The notes: generated by a model from the sequence alone, not told the origin. Shown: positions 20,057 through 29,546, counted from the first letter of the stretch. The stretch is DNA of 45,498 bases from a virus (IMGVR_UViG_2711768044_000004); one strand, 5' to 3'. Program-made: numbers and translations.

Positions 20057-22152
20057 GGATTATCCTCTGCCCGCTCTGTGCGCAGTTTTTCCTGCCGGTG
20101 ACGGCATTTTTCTTTCCTTCCTGACGACGCCGTGGGCGTTGTCGCATCTGAACGCCCCTCCGGACCGACAAGCCACGTTTCCCGTTGTGCCCAGTCAGGT
20201 GCTGACGGCCAGCAGATCTTTTCGTAGCCATGCAGAACGGCAAGCGCATCCGCGTAGACCAGCAGGTCAAATGCTTCGTTAGCGCCCCTGCCCGGCTTTC
20301 GCCATTTTCCGTCACTGCCGCGCTCCTCATAGGTCAGCTCATCGAAAAACCACCGCCCCAGCCAGTCGGGAAAGTGGATATAATTCGGTCCCGGCGTGTC
20401 ACGCCACAGGGCATTATTCACCCGGTCCTTAAACGCATCGGTCTGCACCAGCCACAGGGCAACATCACCGCTGGCCCTGGCACGGCGGGCACTTCTGCCG
20501 GTGTTATCCGGGAAAGTACGGTTAATCAGTCTGTCGCGACGCAGGCCATCACCCTTGAACAGAAACACCCGGTTACCCAGCCCTTCGCGGCGGCACTGCC
20601 GCCAGAAATGATAGGCGTTATCCGTCACCCCGGCTTCACCGCCCGTATCCACCGCCATGGCCATCAGACGCATGCGCACATCCTGATCAGAAGCCAGCGG
20701 CCATGTTTTATGGAACACATCCGTCAGCAACAAATCCCAGTCCTCCGGATATGCCGCCGGATCAACCGGCAGACTTTCACCGTTGGGACTGCATCGCAGT
20801 GAATGCCGGATGTTGTAGCGATCAACAATCCAGCGTTCTCCCTGTTCTCCGTATCCGGTGATCTGCACCACAAAACGTCTGTTTTTACCGCCCTGTACGT
20901 CAACCGTTGCCTCAATGAAGCGCACGCCATCCGGCACACATCGCCGTGGAACCGGCTCCGCACGCTGTTCAAGCAGCTCACTTTTGCGCTGTTCCGTGGC
21001 TGAACGGGGCAGATAGGGCCGTCCGATATCGGTGTTCACCACCGCTTTCAGGGTCTCTTCACTGCCGGTTCGCTCATATTCTTCTTCTGCCGACAGCAGC
21101 TTAAAAATCAGTTGTTCCCAGGTCTGAAACGCCGCAGCCGGCCCCTCCAGCCAGAAGCTCGCTATCCTGGAATTTCGTGGCGTTCCGGTGATGCTGCCGT
21201 CCGCCGCCGCCCGCTCACCTTCACGAAGCCAGATCCCCTGGTTATTCAGTTCGCGTTTCTGCTCCGGGGCAATCAGCCCGCGACAGTGCGGACACATCAG
21301 ACGGGCAGCCTGACCTGCAGCCACAAAATCGGGGTTATTCCGGTAACCGGTCATGTTATCCATCACCGGCTGAAAATATTCCCCGCAGTGCGGACACGGC
21401 CAGTACCACCGGCGGCGGTCTCCCCGGTTATACAGCGACAGGATCCCCGTTGTTGGCGGAGCCTCATGTGCACCACCACATCGCCATTTGGTGTCAGTGA
21501 TATCCCGCCCGGGTGAACTTTCGACCAGGGTCATCCCTGAGGACATAAAGGTGGTGGTACGCTTTGAGGCCAGGGTGAAGGCATCCCCTTCACCGTCAAC
21601 GTTCTCAGGAAAACGGTCATAATCCGTCAGCGCCACACGACGGTAATCCGAAGAGGAAAATACGGTGATCGACGGCCAGCCAATCTTCAGGAAGGAGCCG
21701 TCAAGAAACATTTTATCGTGGACGTTGTTGTCATTACGGGAAGGGCTGAGGCGTTTGCAGACCTCCGGGCTGTGACGAAACGTCCTGGAAAGACGCGTTC
21801 TGGAATGCTCACGCGCCTTGGTCTCGGTCATCTGCACAACCAGCATATCCGCCGGATCACAGATGATGCCGTACACAATCCAGCCATCAATCAGCCCTTC
21901 GGTTTTCCCGGTTCGCGCCGGTCCCACAAACACCACCGCGTCATATTCACGGGCTGATAATGTATTAATGGGGTCAATCATATAGGGCGTCAGAGATGAC
22001 TCCCACGGTCCGGAAGTATTGGCTCCCCGTGGTACCCGCATATAACGCCTGATGGCTTCCACCACAGGTAACCGGCCAGGTGGGCGAAACAGCGAGGCCA
22101 CTTCGCGCCAGATATCGGATGCGCGGCTATGGCACTCGTTAACCGGATTCAC
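20029..22152 (-). CDS. Terminase large subunit (gpA-like), GTG start overlapping the Nu1 stop
   Basis: 707 aa; Walker A-like VGPARTGKTE near the N-terminus; position after the small subunit. Confidence 0.9.
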   Translation of the reverse strand: MNPVNECHSRASDIWREVASLFRPPGRLPVVEAIRRYMRVPRGANTSGPWESSLTPYMIDPINTLSAREYDAVVFVGPARTGKTEGLIDGWIVYGIICDPADMLVVQMTETKAREHSRTRLSRTFRHSPEVCKRLSPSRNDNNVHDKMFLDGSFLKIGWPSITVFSSSDYRRVALTDYDRFPENVDGEGDAFTLASKRTTTFMSSGMTLVESSPGRDITDTKWRCGGAHEAPPTTGILSLYNRGDRRRWYWPCPHCGEYFQPVMDNMTGYRNNPDFVAAGQAARLMCPHCRGLIAPEQKRELNNQGIWLREGERAAADGSITGTPRNSRIASFWLEGPAAAFQTWEQLIFKLLSAEEEYERTGSEETLKAVVNTDIGRPYLPRSATEQRKSELLEQRAEPVPRRCVPDGVRFIEATVDVQGGKNRRFVVQITGYGEQGERWIVDRYNIRHSLRCSPNGESLPVDPAAYPEDWDLLLTDVFHKTWPLASDQDVRMRLMAMAVDTGGEAGVTDNAYHFWRQCRREGLGNRVFLFKGDGLRRDRLINRTFPDNTGRSARRARASGDVALWLVQTDAFKDRVNNALWRDTPGPNYIHFPDWLGRWFFDELTYEERGSDGKWRKPGRGANEAFDLLVYADALAVLHGYEKICWPSAPDWAQRETWLVGPEGRSDATTPTASSGRKEKCRHRQEKLRTERAEDNPWVTSGGWL

Positions 22153-22625
22153 ATATCAGCCTCATCACAGCAGGCAATCACTGCCTTTTCCAGCGTGTCA
22201 CGGATCTCATCAACAACGATCTGCACTTCGTTCAGTTGTGATGCAGTCCACCCCCTGTCCCTCTCCAGCCTGTCAGGCCATGTTTCCAGTATCTGCACAA
22301 TGGCTTTCACCACGACGGAAAACGACCGCCTGACATCACTGACGGGCACAAGCTGAACAGTTTCATGCTGAAATTTAAGGCGCTCGCGCTCGGACTGATA
22401 CCATGCCTTGCGATCGTGTGGATTCATCTCCTCATCTTCGGTGGATGGTGGCTTTTCCAGCAGCGAGGTAATCAAATCCGTCAGGAAATAAAGTTTTTTC
22501 TTCTCATTGCTGCCTGGTGCAAGAGGAACATCTGCCATTCTTGCGGTAACAGTCTGCCGGTGCAGGCCTGAAAGGGATGCCAGTTGATTAATATTTAACT
22601 TCATATTTTTCAGCTCGCCGTCCAT
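22149..22625 (-). CDS. Terminase small subunit (Nu1-like, N-terminal helix-turn-helix)
   Basis: 158 aa; HTH-like NINQLASLSGLHRQTV; directly upstream of the large subunit. Confidence 0.7.
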   Translation of the reverse strand: MDGELKNMKLNINQLASLSGLHRQTVTARMADVPLAPGSNEKKKLYFLTDLITSLLEKPPSTEDEEMNPHDRKAWYQSERERLKFQHETVQLVPVSDVRRSFSVVVKAIVQILETWPDRLERDRGWTASQLNEVQIVVDEIRDTLEKAVIACCDEADM

Positions 22626-22639
22626 CTACGCGTCCCCCA

Positions 22640-22832
22640 CATACCCCTCTGAACAGAAGTGATTCTGTTTTTTTTGTAAAGAAATGCCGCCACACAAAGA
22701 TGTCGAACAAAAATTAACCATAATCATCATCTTTTTTGCATCAATCACTTTAAAAACAACAAGTTATAAACATGATGATGATGACGATAAAATCACAAAA
22801 ATGCGCCTTTTTCCGCGCCGACCCGCCCCGTG
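22640..22832. other. Candidate cos region: AT-rich cosB-like segment and a GC-rich cosN-like element about 190 bp upstream of Nu1
   Basis: Reverse complement of 22810..22832 reads ccacggggcgggtcggcgcgg, resembling the lambda cosN neighbourhood (ttacggggcggcgacctcgcgg); spacing to the Nu1 start matches lambda. Confidence 0.35.
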
Positions 22833-23084
22833 GACAGGCCCACCCCACCAGGAGGACCCACAAAATGATAATGGTTATCATTTGCAATGTAGTCCAGTTT
22901 CTTCCACCATCGCACCGGACTGGCGATTATGAGGGTACAATCCGCGCCCGTTCAGTTCGCGCGGCAAAACCCGGTGTGCATCGTTTTTGATTATTCCCGC
23001 ACACTCGCGCAGAGGAGTATCCCGCAAGGGCTGCGGTCTCTGTTAATGCAGAAATACGGCGACGATACGGCGCATCAGCAAAAC

Positions 23085-23552
23085 TTATTTCATACACTGA
23101 GTGCGGATATATTCCTGCGCCCCTTCCAGTTGCTTCTGCATCGTTATCAGCCGGTCTCTGAGGGTGAAATAATGCCGTTGAGCTGTGTCTGCCAGTCGGG
23201 GGCGGGCTGCATTATCCACGCTGGCGGTGCCGGTGGTTTTATCTGTGGTGGACACACAGGTGGCGTTGACGCGCAGGCTGCGGCGACCAGCGGCAACATC
23301 AGCGCGCAGAGTTTCATTTTCAGCTTTCGCATCGGCTAACTCCTTCGTGTATTTTGCATCGAGTGCAGCAACATCACGCTGGCGCTGCTGCATGTCAGTA
23401 ATGGTGGCGTTCGCCAGCTTCAGTTCACTGGCTTTTTTATCGCGCTGCGCTTTGTAGGTAATGGCGTTATCCCGGTAGTGGTCTGTTGCCAGCCACAGCG
23501 CACCGCAGGCCACCAGGAGGACAACTGCCACTCCGGCTAAGATACGATTCAT
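23085..23552 (-). CDS. Rz: Inner-membrane spanin Rz
   Basis: 155 aa; N-terminal membrane anchor, coiled-coil body, strong resemblance to lambda Rz (..[16 protein letters not shown]..). Confidence 0.9.
   Translation of the reverse strand: MNRILAGVAVVLLVACGALWLATDHYRDNAITYKAQRDKKASELKLANATITDMQQRQRDVAALDAKYTKELADAKAENETLRADVAAGRRSLRVNATCVSTTDKTTGTASVDNAARPRLADTAQRHYFTLRDRLITMQKQLEGAQEYIRTQCMK
23147..23332 (-). CDS. Rz1: Outer-membrane lipoprotein spanin Rz1, embedded in Rz in the +1 frame
   Basis: 61 aa; lipobox-like LVAAAC and Pro-rich ...[27 protein letters not shown] as in lambda Rz1. Confidence 0.85.
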   Translation of the reverse strand: MRKLKMKLCALMLPLVAAACASTPPVCPPQIKPPAPPAWIMQPAPDWQTQLNGIISPSETG

Positions 23553-24082
23553 TCATCAATTCCCCAGCACGCCAGCGCACTTTCCTGGTCACGCCGCGAC
23601 ACCTGCCCGTAACAGTTATTTGAGCGGTTCCGGCAGTCTTTACCGCCGTCATATATCCAGCGACGGATTTCAGCACATGCACCTTTCCGGTCTCCGGCGT
23701 TCAGTTTCCGGTAAAACGTTGAGGTGAAGCATTTCGACGGCCCGATGTTGTACGGACAGAATGACGCGATGCCCGCTTTCTGCTGTTCAGTCAGTGGCAC
23801 TTTGATGTTTTTCTCCACCCATGCCAGCGCCTTATCCCGTTCGATGGCGTTCACTCGGTCGCATTTTTCCTTCGTCAGCTTCATGCCGGGGACTACAGGT
23901 CTGCCATCCACCCGGGTGGCACCACGGCAGATAGTCCATATACCTGCGCCATCACGGTATGCAGTAGTGTGGTTGCCTTCTTTTTCATCCAGAAACTGGT
24001 CAAGGATTTCAGGCGCAGAAGCCCCTGCGGAAATCAGTGCCAGAACGGCAGCCGACAGGCCGTATTTGATTTTTGCGTTCAT
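23549..24082 (-). CDS. Signal-anchor-release (SAR) endolysin, T4-lysozyme fold (GH24)
   Basis: 177 aa; weakly hydrophobic Gly/Ala-rich N-terminal segment followed by a lysozyme-like domain, as in phage 21 R. Confidence 0.8.
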   Translation of the reverse strand: MNAKIKYGLSAAVLALISAGASAPEILDQFLDEKEGNHTTAYRDGAGIWTICRGATRVDGRPVVPGMKLTKEKCDRVNAIERDKALAWVEKNIKVPLTEQQKAGIASFCPYNIGPSKCFTSTFYRKLNAGDRKGACAEIRRWIYDGGKDCRNRSNNCYGQVSRRDQESALACWGIDE

Positions 24083-24194
24083 GGATATTTATCAGGATTT
24101 ATCGGTTCCGAATCCCTGGATATGTTAAGACTTCATCCCGCCAGTGGTGGGCACTGGCCAGGGTATGTCAATCTGATAAACACAGAGGTGACTA

Positions 24195-24454
24195 TGGATT
24201 ATCCAAATCTACCAAAACAAACTTTTGCTGATTTAATCGCACTCAGGCAAGCTGTCGTAGCTCTAATCAACTTGTTGCCGGATAATGAAAAGGAATTCGT
24301 TAAAACAATTCTTAACAGAACTGCCGCCGATTTTTCATCATTCCCACTGACAGATGACCTTGCGGACCTTCCTGAATTAATTGCAGAGTCCTCCATTAAG
24401 CTTACTGAAGAGATTTACTCTCCTCAAAAATCTTCACAAAATTCCTGCGAGTAA
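24195..24454 (+). CDS. Hypothetical 86-aa protein on the strand opposite to the late genes (possible moron)
   Basis: ATG preceded by AGAGG ribosome-binding site; lies in a locally AT-rich island; no recognisable homology. Confidence 0.35.
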
Positions 24455-24605
24455 CTTCAATACAATAATCGTAAAACGCTGCAAACTGCTCATCGCGGCG
24501 TTTTTTTTCATCTTCGGAAGGAATCTGCACCGACAATTTTTTATTCAGTTCAGCAATTTCATTTTCCAGGCGACTTATGCGCCGATTCATTTCTTCAGGG
24601 TTCAT
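24402..24605 (-). CDS. Hypothetical 67-aa coiled-coil protein translationally coupled to the holin
   Basis: ATG 4 nt after the holin stop with a GGGGAG ribosome-binding site; overlaps the 3' end of the opposite-strand ORF. Confidence 0.4.
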   Translation of the reverse strand: MNPEEMNRRISRLENEIAELNKKLSVQIPSEDEKKRRDEQFAAFYDYCIEVTRRNFVKIFEESKSLQ

Positions 24606-24608
24606 CGT

Positions 24609-24821
24609 CTACTCTCCCCGCGCCGACTTACGCCGGTCTTCTTTAATTTTGAAATACAGGTTCGTCAGGTATGTCAGCAGACCAAACAGCAGGCTCCCCA
24701 GCACGCCTATCGCCGTCCACTGTGAAGGCGTCACCTTATCCAGCAACTGAAACAGCCAGTAACCCGTTCCCACCGCCGATGAACCATAGGACACACCTGT
24801 TGCCAGTTTATCCATCTTCAT
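24609..24821 (-). CDS. Phage-21-type pinholin with dual-start motif (Met-Lys-Met)
   Basis: [70 protein letters not shown] closely resembles my recollection of S21; GGAG ribosome-binding site upstream. Confidence 0.8.
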   Translation of the reverse strand: MKMDKLATGVSYGSSAVGTGYWLFQLLDKVTPSQWTAIGVLGSLLFGLLTYLTNLYFKIKEDRRKSARGE

Positions 24822-24886
24822 AATCCCCGCTCCGTAACACTCCCGCCTGATGACGGGAGCCACGTTTTCCTGCAACACAGGGATGC

Positions 24887-25270
24887 TTATGGCAAAGGCT
24901 GCGCTTCCGCCATACCCTCGCTCCCCGCAGTACCATTGTCTGTCGCTTCACCGCCTGTCGTGGTGGCAGTGCCACTATGCGCCTCTGCTCCTGAAGTATC
25001 CGTTCCCGGCTCCGGTGATGCTCCCGTGCCTGCGGTGGACGCAGCAGCCGCATTTTCAGTTACCGCAGGTTTTTCCTGCGTCTCCGCCACACCAGTATCA
25101 CCTGGCGTCGTCGCCGTCAGACCGGCAAGTGCCACTCTGACTTCCTCATCAATCTGTTTGCTGATGATTTGTCTTACCTGTGCTTCCACAACATTCAGCA
25201 CCACCTGTGCTGACAGCGCCTGTTTCAGTACCTCTGTCGTGACAAGTCCTGTGGTTTTCACTTCTGCCAT
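24887..25270 (-). CDS. Hypothetical protein with a structured N-terminus and a Thr/Gly/Ala/Glu-rich low-complexity tail
   Basis: 127-aa ORF in the late operon orientation; no recognised domain. Confidence 0.45.
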   Translation of the reverse strand: MAEVKTTGLVTTEVLKQALSAQVVLNVVEAQVRQIISKQIDEEVRVALAGLTATTPGDTGVAETQEKPAVTENAAAASTAGTGASPEPGTDTSGAEAHSGTATTTGGEATDNGTAGSEGMAEAQPLP

Positions 25271-25304
25271 AAACTCGTTCCTCTCTTAAACAAAACCCCC
25301 GCCG

Positions 25305-25487
25305 TTATGGCAGTGGCTGGTTAACTGACTGCATCGTGGATGATGATGCGTATTTAACTTTCTCTGCCGCTGCATCATCAATTTTGCGGCGGACATAATT
25401 ACGTATTACCTTATATCCGCCACTCACCAGATATAACGCACACACCACCGTGCAGAAATACAATAAAATAAGCTGTAAAAATGTCAT
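25305..25487 (-). CDS. Small membrane protein (60 aa, one predicted transmembrane helix)
   Basis: ATG with strong GGGAGGG ribosome-binding site 5 nt upstream; hydrophobic N-terminus followed by a basic segment. Confidence 0.55.
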   Translation of the reverse strand: MTFLQLILLYFCTVVCALYLVSGGYKVIRNYVRRKIDDAAAEKVKYASSSTMQSVNQPLP

Positions 25488-25572
25488 TATCCCTCCCAGT
25501 TATTGATATGGTGTTGACATCGTTAATACCTGTTGGTTAAAAAGGCGTCCGTAATTTTTGCATTGGATATGA

Positions 25573-25614
25573 CGTCATTTGCCGCCGGTTTCTTGTTTTC
25601 CCTTTCCCGGCGGC
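25573..25614 (+). terminator. Plus-strand intrinsic terminator (8-bp GC stem plus T7)
   Basis: gccgccgg ... ccggcggc followed by attttttt on the plus strand; a TTGACA -35-like hexamer lies about 60 nt upstream on the same strand. Confidence 0.45.
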
Positions 25615-25629
25615 ATTTTTTTATCCTGC

Positions 25630-27570
25630 TTACGCGTTATTCACTTCCACCAAAATGCTGTCAATCAGTACCGGATACGTTGCATTACTGGTGATATCGG
25701 TCAGGCGTAACTTGTCTGCCGCAAAAGAACCGACAGGTGACTGAGACAGCATGAACGGTTCCTCGTCCTTACCATCAATCACCGGCGTCACCTGAATGCT
25801 GTTATTACCGGCAAAACGGAATGCCAGCGTATGCCACTCGTTATTAAATGCACCGAATGAACCCAGCTTCGTGTTCTGGTCTGGATTCCCCTTGTGATAC
25901 ATCACGTTAAGGTCTGTGGCATCGCTCTGAACGTAAAACGATGCCAGCAGGTTATGACCGGCATTACCTTCCAGTGTGACGCCCTGAGGCAGCGAAGAAA
26001 CCGGCCAGTACAGCGCCAGTGCGTACTGATTAGCCGTAAGCGCGCCATCAAGTTTAAAACGGCAGCTGACAAGGCCACCTTTTTCCAGCAGGTCGGCACC
26101 ATTACCGGCATCATGCTGCATAAACCATGACTTTCCGGTCTGTTTTGTCAGCTTCAGCGCCTTGCCCCCGCTGGCACCGGCATCATCCACAATAGCGGCA
26201 CTACCGCCTTCTGCCCCCCAGCCCTGTGGCGTCAGTGCTCCGCCTGACTCCGATGCACGGTAAGAAAACAGCGTCGTCATTGATTTCCCGTCCGTTGACG
26301 GTGTTGATGGCGTGCCAGTGGATGGCTTCTCATCCGGTGGTGTCACAGCCTGTCCACCCATAACTTCAGCCGTGCGTCCCGCATGGAGCAGAATGGCTGA
26401 GGACAGACGGTCAGAAATGATGCCCCTGCGTGCCCATGAGCTGAAATGGCTGTCACGCTGTGTGGAGACAAAACTGCCCTGGGTACGGGATGCCGCACCG
26501 TAATACCCGACAGCCACAATATCCGGGTCTTCCGCCGGAGCATTCGTTGGCGTGTTCTGTCCATTCTCATCCGTCAGGAACGGCACAAAGAAAATATTCT
26601 GTGCGGTCAGATTTTTATATGCGCCATAGACTGTTTCATACTGCGTGGCATACGTGTTTTTCCAGTAATACGTGGTATCACCACAAATCCACGGCACCGT
26701 GGCAGCATTTCCACTCACGCACTGCGCTGCAAGTGGAGACAGGTCGGTTCTGAACTGCTGAACCATGGCTGTGAATAAACCATTATGCTGCTGACTTCCT
26801 GAAGCAAGGTCTGCCTCTCCCTGCATCCATACCACAGCCAGTAATCTGTTTTTCTGGTTCTTCTCCAGCGCCGCTCTGGTGCGGCTGAGCAGGTCCTGAT
26901 ACAGGGGTTTACCGGCTCCCCAGCGTGAAGAATCAGCGGAAGCACCGCTGGCCTCACTGAATGAGCCGTCATCCCCGGTGGTGAATGCCGAACCACCACG
27001 ACAGCAGGGAACCAGAAGTATCCCGGCATTCTGCGGAATATAAGGCAGCAGTTTTTTGGCAATATGCAGCCCCTGACCGACACAACCATACTGCCCTTTA
27101 CTCAGGTCAGCTTTAGGGTGGTTTATCCCGCTCATGTCCTGCACATCATGCAGGCAGTGGTCTGCCGGAATGACATCATTATAAGAACAGGCTTCGCCAC
27201 CCGGCGTTACCGTACTGCGGCGTGACAGTTGCTTAATGCGCGGCTCTGTGCGGTCAAATGAATCCGGTAACGGAAGCCCTTCACCGTAGGCCATGCCATT
27301 TGACTGCCCGGCGAGTACCACCACGTAGTAATAGTCAGGTGCACCAGAGGTTATTGTGGTCTGTGAACCATCACCGTCATCAGGAACTTCAACAGGAATC
27401 CTGACTTCACCTTCTGCGGCAACAGCCTGAATAAACTTCATCCCGTTATCGTCATACGAAGTAAACGGCGAACCATATGGCTGCCACCCTTCACTTATTT
27501 TTTCTGACAGCTTTTTTTGCAGTTCATCACCGCTACTGGCAGAAACCAGATCGTAATGTTTAAACGCCAT
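25630..27570 (-). CDS. Prophage-type sialate O-acetylesterase (NanS-p-like, SGNH/DUF303 esterase)
   Basis: 646 aa from the ATG with a GGAGG ribosome-binding site; GQSNG esterase motif near the N-terminus; occupies the position this gene family holds downstream of stx in Shiga-toxin phages. Confidence 0.7.
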   Translation of the reverse strand: MAFKHYDLVSASSGDELQKKLSEKISEGWQPYGSPFTSYDDNGMKFIQAVAAEGEVRIPVEVPDDGDGSQTTITSGAPDYYYVVVLAGQSNGMAYGEGLPLPDSFDRTEPRIKQLSRRSTVTPGGEACSYNDVIPADHCLHDVQDMSGINHPKADLSKGQYGCVGQGLHIAKKLLPYIPQNAGILLVPCCRGGSAFTTGDDGSFSEASGASADSSRWGAGKPLYQDLLSRTRAALEKNQKNRLLAVVWMQGEADLASGSQQHNGLFTAMVQQFRTDLSPLAAQCVSGNAATVPWICGDTTYYWKNTYATQYETVYGAYKNLTAQNIFFVPFLTDENGQNTPTNAPAEDPDIVAVGYYGAASRTQGSFVSTQRDSHFSSWARRGIISDRLSSAILLHAGRTAEVMGGQAVTPPDEKPSTGTPSTPSTDGKSMTTLFSYRASESGGALTPQGWGAEGGSAAIVDDAGASGGKALKLTKQTGKSWFMQHDAGNGADLLEKGGLVSCRFKLDGALTANQYALALYWPVSSLPQGVTLEGNAGHNLLASFYVQSDATDLNVMYHKGNPDQNTKLGSFGAFNNEWHTLAFRFAGNNSIQVTPVIDGKDEEPFMLSQSPVGSFAADKLRLTDITSNATYPVLIDSILVEVNNA

Positions 27571-27767
27571 TATTCCTCCCCTTGCCGGGATTATCCTGAA
27601 CAGTTCGGCTGCACGGAGATTCAAAGAAGATAACTGCAGCCCACAAAACGAAAAAGGCCACGCAGTTGCGCAGCCTTATAAGAGATGGTAAAAATCAAAA
27701 AAATAATAACGAAAATATCTTGTTTATATTCATGCGACCTGCCCGTACCCACTATGGGCATTTTTCC

Positions 27768-27794
27768 CATAAAAAAGCCCCTCCGGAGAGGGGC
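27768..27794 (-). terminator. Strong intrinsic terminator between the tRNA cluster and the esterase gene
   Basis: Minus strand GCCCCUC-UCCG-GAGGGGC followed by UUUUUUAU. Confidence 0.5.
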
Positions 27795-28061
27795 TGGTAT
27801 ACGCATTCATTTCCATCATCTGCATGGTGCCGGGTGCCTCCCGGTGAGTTCAGTATCAGCACCTGAATCCGCGATTATCCCATATACCTACTCGCTGATT
27901 GCCCCTCCGCACAGGGGGATTCACCATGCAAAACTTTTTTAACAACTCTCCGTCAACCAGACAATCATCAACTGCCTGAATTGTGAGGCATTTAACATTT
28001 CACTGTCCGGTGTCTTTCCTGTAATAAAAAGCCCGCAAAAGCGAGCCAGGGAAAATAAGTG

Positions 28062-28138
28062 TGGCGCGTTGTACTGGATTCGAACCAGTGGCCGATTGCT
28101 TAGAAGGCAATTGCTCTGTCCGGCTGAGCTAACAACGC
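28062..28138 (-). tRNA. tRNA-Arg, anticodon UCU (reads AGA)
   Basis: Hand-folded cloverleaf: acceptor GCGTTGT, D-arm GCTC/GAGC, anticodon loop CTTCTAA, T-loop GGTTCGAATCC, 3' CCA. Confidence 0.75.
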
Positions 28139-28141
28139 TGA

Positions 28142-28218
28142 ATACCGATAATGGACCGCCATCGGGGACCCGCCCCCCGCGCAACCAGCTTCGAAGGCTG
28201 GCGCTCTGTCCTGATGAG
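28142..28218 (-). tRNA. tRNA-like gene, apparent anticodon UCG (Arg) with a non-canonical T-loop; possibly degenerate
   Basis: Acceptor CCGCCAT/ATGGCGG and D-arm and anticodon stems pair, but the T-arm is CGGGG-GGCGGGT-CCCCG rather than the usual TTCRANY loop. Confidence 0.45.
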
Positions 28219-28225
28219 CTAATGG

Positions 28226-28301
28226 CGGTATGTGATGGTGGCCCTTGCTGGATTTGAACCAGCGACCTGGCGATTATGAGTCGCTCGCTCTCACCACTGA
28301 G
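28226..28301 (-). tRNA. tRNA with CAU anticodon (Met or lysidine-modified Ile2 type)
   Basis: Hand-folded cloverleaf: acceptor GGCCCTT, anticodon loop CTCATAA, T-loop GGTTCAAATCC, 3' CCA. Confidence 0.75.
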
Positions 28302-28360
28302 CTAAAGGGCCGGGAGCAGAATAATAATGGTGCGTAATTAATTCTGCAATCTCATCCGTT

Positions 28361-29410
28361 TCAAACGATTAAATCCTGAACTTCCCTGACTGTCTGCTCA
28401 AAACGTCCGGTCTCCAGCTCAACACCAATTGCACGACGCCCAAGCTCCATAGCCGCCTTTATGGTTGAGCCAGAACCCATGAAGAAATCCGCCACCATGT
28501 CACCAGGACGACTGCTCGCGCTGATTATCTGCTGCAGCATTTCTGCCGGTTTTTCGCACGGATGTTTCCCGGGATAGAACTGCACCGGTTTATGTGTCCA
28601 CACATCCGTGTACGGCACCTGCGCCGTCACGCCAAAATACCGCCGCAGATGCTTATATTCACTCTGCAGTTCCGCATACTGCCGGTTCAGTGAAGTATAC
28701 GTCTCCAGCAGCTGGTGGTGGGGCTTTTCCAGTTCACCCCGCTGATGCTTCTCTTCTGCCACCCTGGCAAACAGTGCCTGTAATTTCAGATAATCGCTTT
28801 CGTTCGGCAACTGCCACTGACTGGCACTGAACCAGTGCGACACCATGTTTTTCTTTCCTGTGGCATCTGCAATCTGTTTTGCCGTTATCCCCAGGGCAGC
28901 GCGCGCATCACGAAAGTAAGCAATCAGCGGGGTCATCACATGCTGTTTCAGTTCCCTGCCCTTCGCCTCATACCCGGCATCTTTCGGACGATACGGCCCC
29001 TGATAATGTTCCGCGAACAGAATGCGCTCTGTGGCGGGGAAATACGCCCGCAGGCTTTCCTTGTTGCATCCGTTCCAGCGTCCGGACGGCTTCGCCCAGA
29101 TAATATGGTTCAGCACACTGAAGCGTTCACGCATCATGATTTCGATATCAGATGCCAGGCGATGACCACAGAACAGGTAAAGACTTCCGGCAGGTTTCAG
29201 CACCCGCCAGAACTGCGCCAGACACTGGTCCAGCCACTTCAGGTAATCATCGTCGCCCTTCCACTGGTTATCCCAGCCCTCAGGCTTCACTTTAAAGTAC
29301 GGCGGGTCCGTGACTATCAGGTCAACAGAATTTTCGGGTAACGACCGGATAAATTCCAGGCAGTCGGCGTTGATTAACTCACAACTGGATATTTTTACAG
29401 TATTAAGCAT
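28361..29410 (-). CDS. Orphan DNA N6-adenine methyltransferase
   Basis: 349 aa; DPPY motif IV (IVTDPPYF) near the N-terminus and a C-terminal FxGSGST AdoMet-binding motif; no adjacent restriction enzyme. Confidence 0.8.
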   Translation of the reverse strand: MLNTVKISSCELINADCLEFIRSLPENSVDLIVTDPPYFKVKPEGWDNQWKGDDDYLKWLDQCLAQFWRVLKPAGSLYLFCGHRLASDIEIMMRERFSVLNHIIWAKPSGRWNGCNKESLRAYFPATERILFAEHYQGPYRPKDAGYEAKGRELKQHVMTPLIAYFRDARAALGITAKQIADATGKKNMVSHWFSASQWQLPNESDYLKLQALFARVAEEKHQRGELEKPHHQLLETYTSLNRQYAELQSEYKHLRRYFGVTAQVPYTDVWTHKPVQFYPGKHPCEKPAEMLQQIISASSRPGDMVADFFMGSGSTIKAAMELGRRAIGVELETGRFEQTVREVQDLIV

Positions 29411-29546
29411 GGATCATTAAGCCTGTCTCTGATAGGCTCATTCTGCTTTTGCGCAAAGCAGTGGGCCTGAGGTTTGCTTGTGAACCCAACGCATGAGCAG
29501 ATGGCTGGTGGGTGCCCCTAACACCCACCAGCCGCCCATTTACCAC

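Noticed and set aside
22684-22932. Plus-strand 82-aa ORF across the AT-rich region upstream of the terminase genes, including a run of Asp codons
   Set aside because: It lies in the predicted cos region, has no ribosome-binding site, and the Asp run comes from a simple gatgatgatgatgac repeat.
25894-27089. Multiple internal and antisense ORFs within the esterase gene
   Set aside because: Nested within a 646-aa gene that has a clear esterase motif; no independent translation signals.
27625-28061. Searched for stxA/stxB-like coding sequence between the tRNA cluster and the esterase gene
   Set aside because: No ORF of adequate length or toxin-like composition is present; the interval is too short to encode an AB5 toxin.
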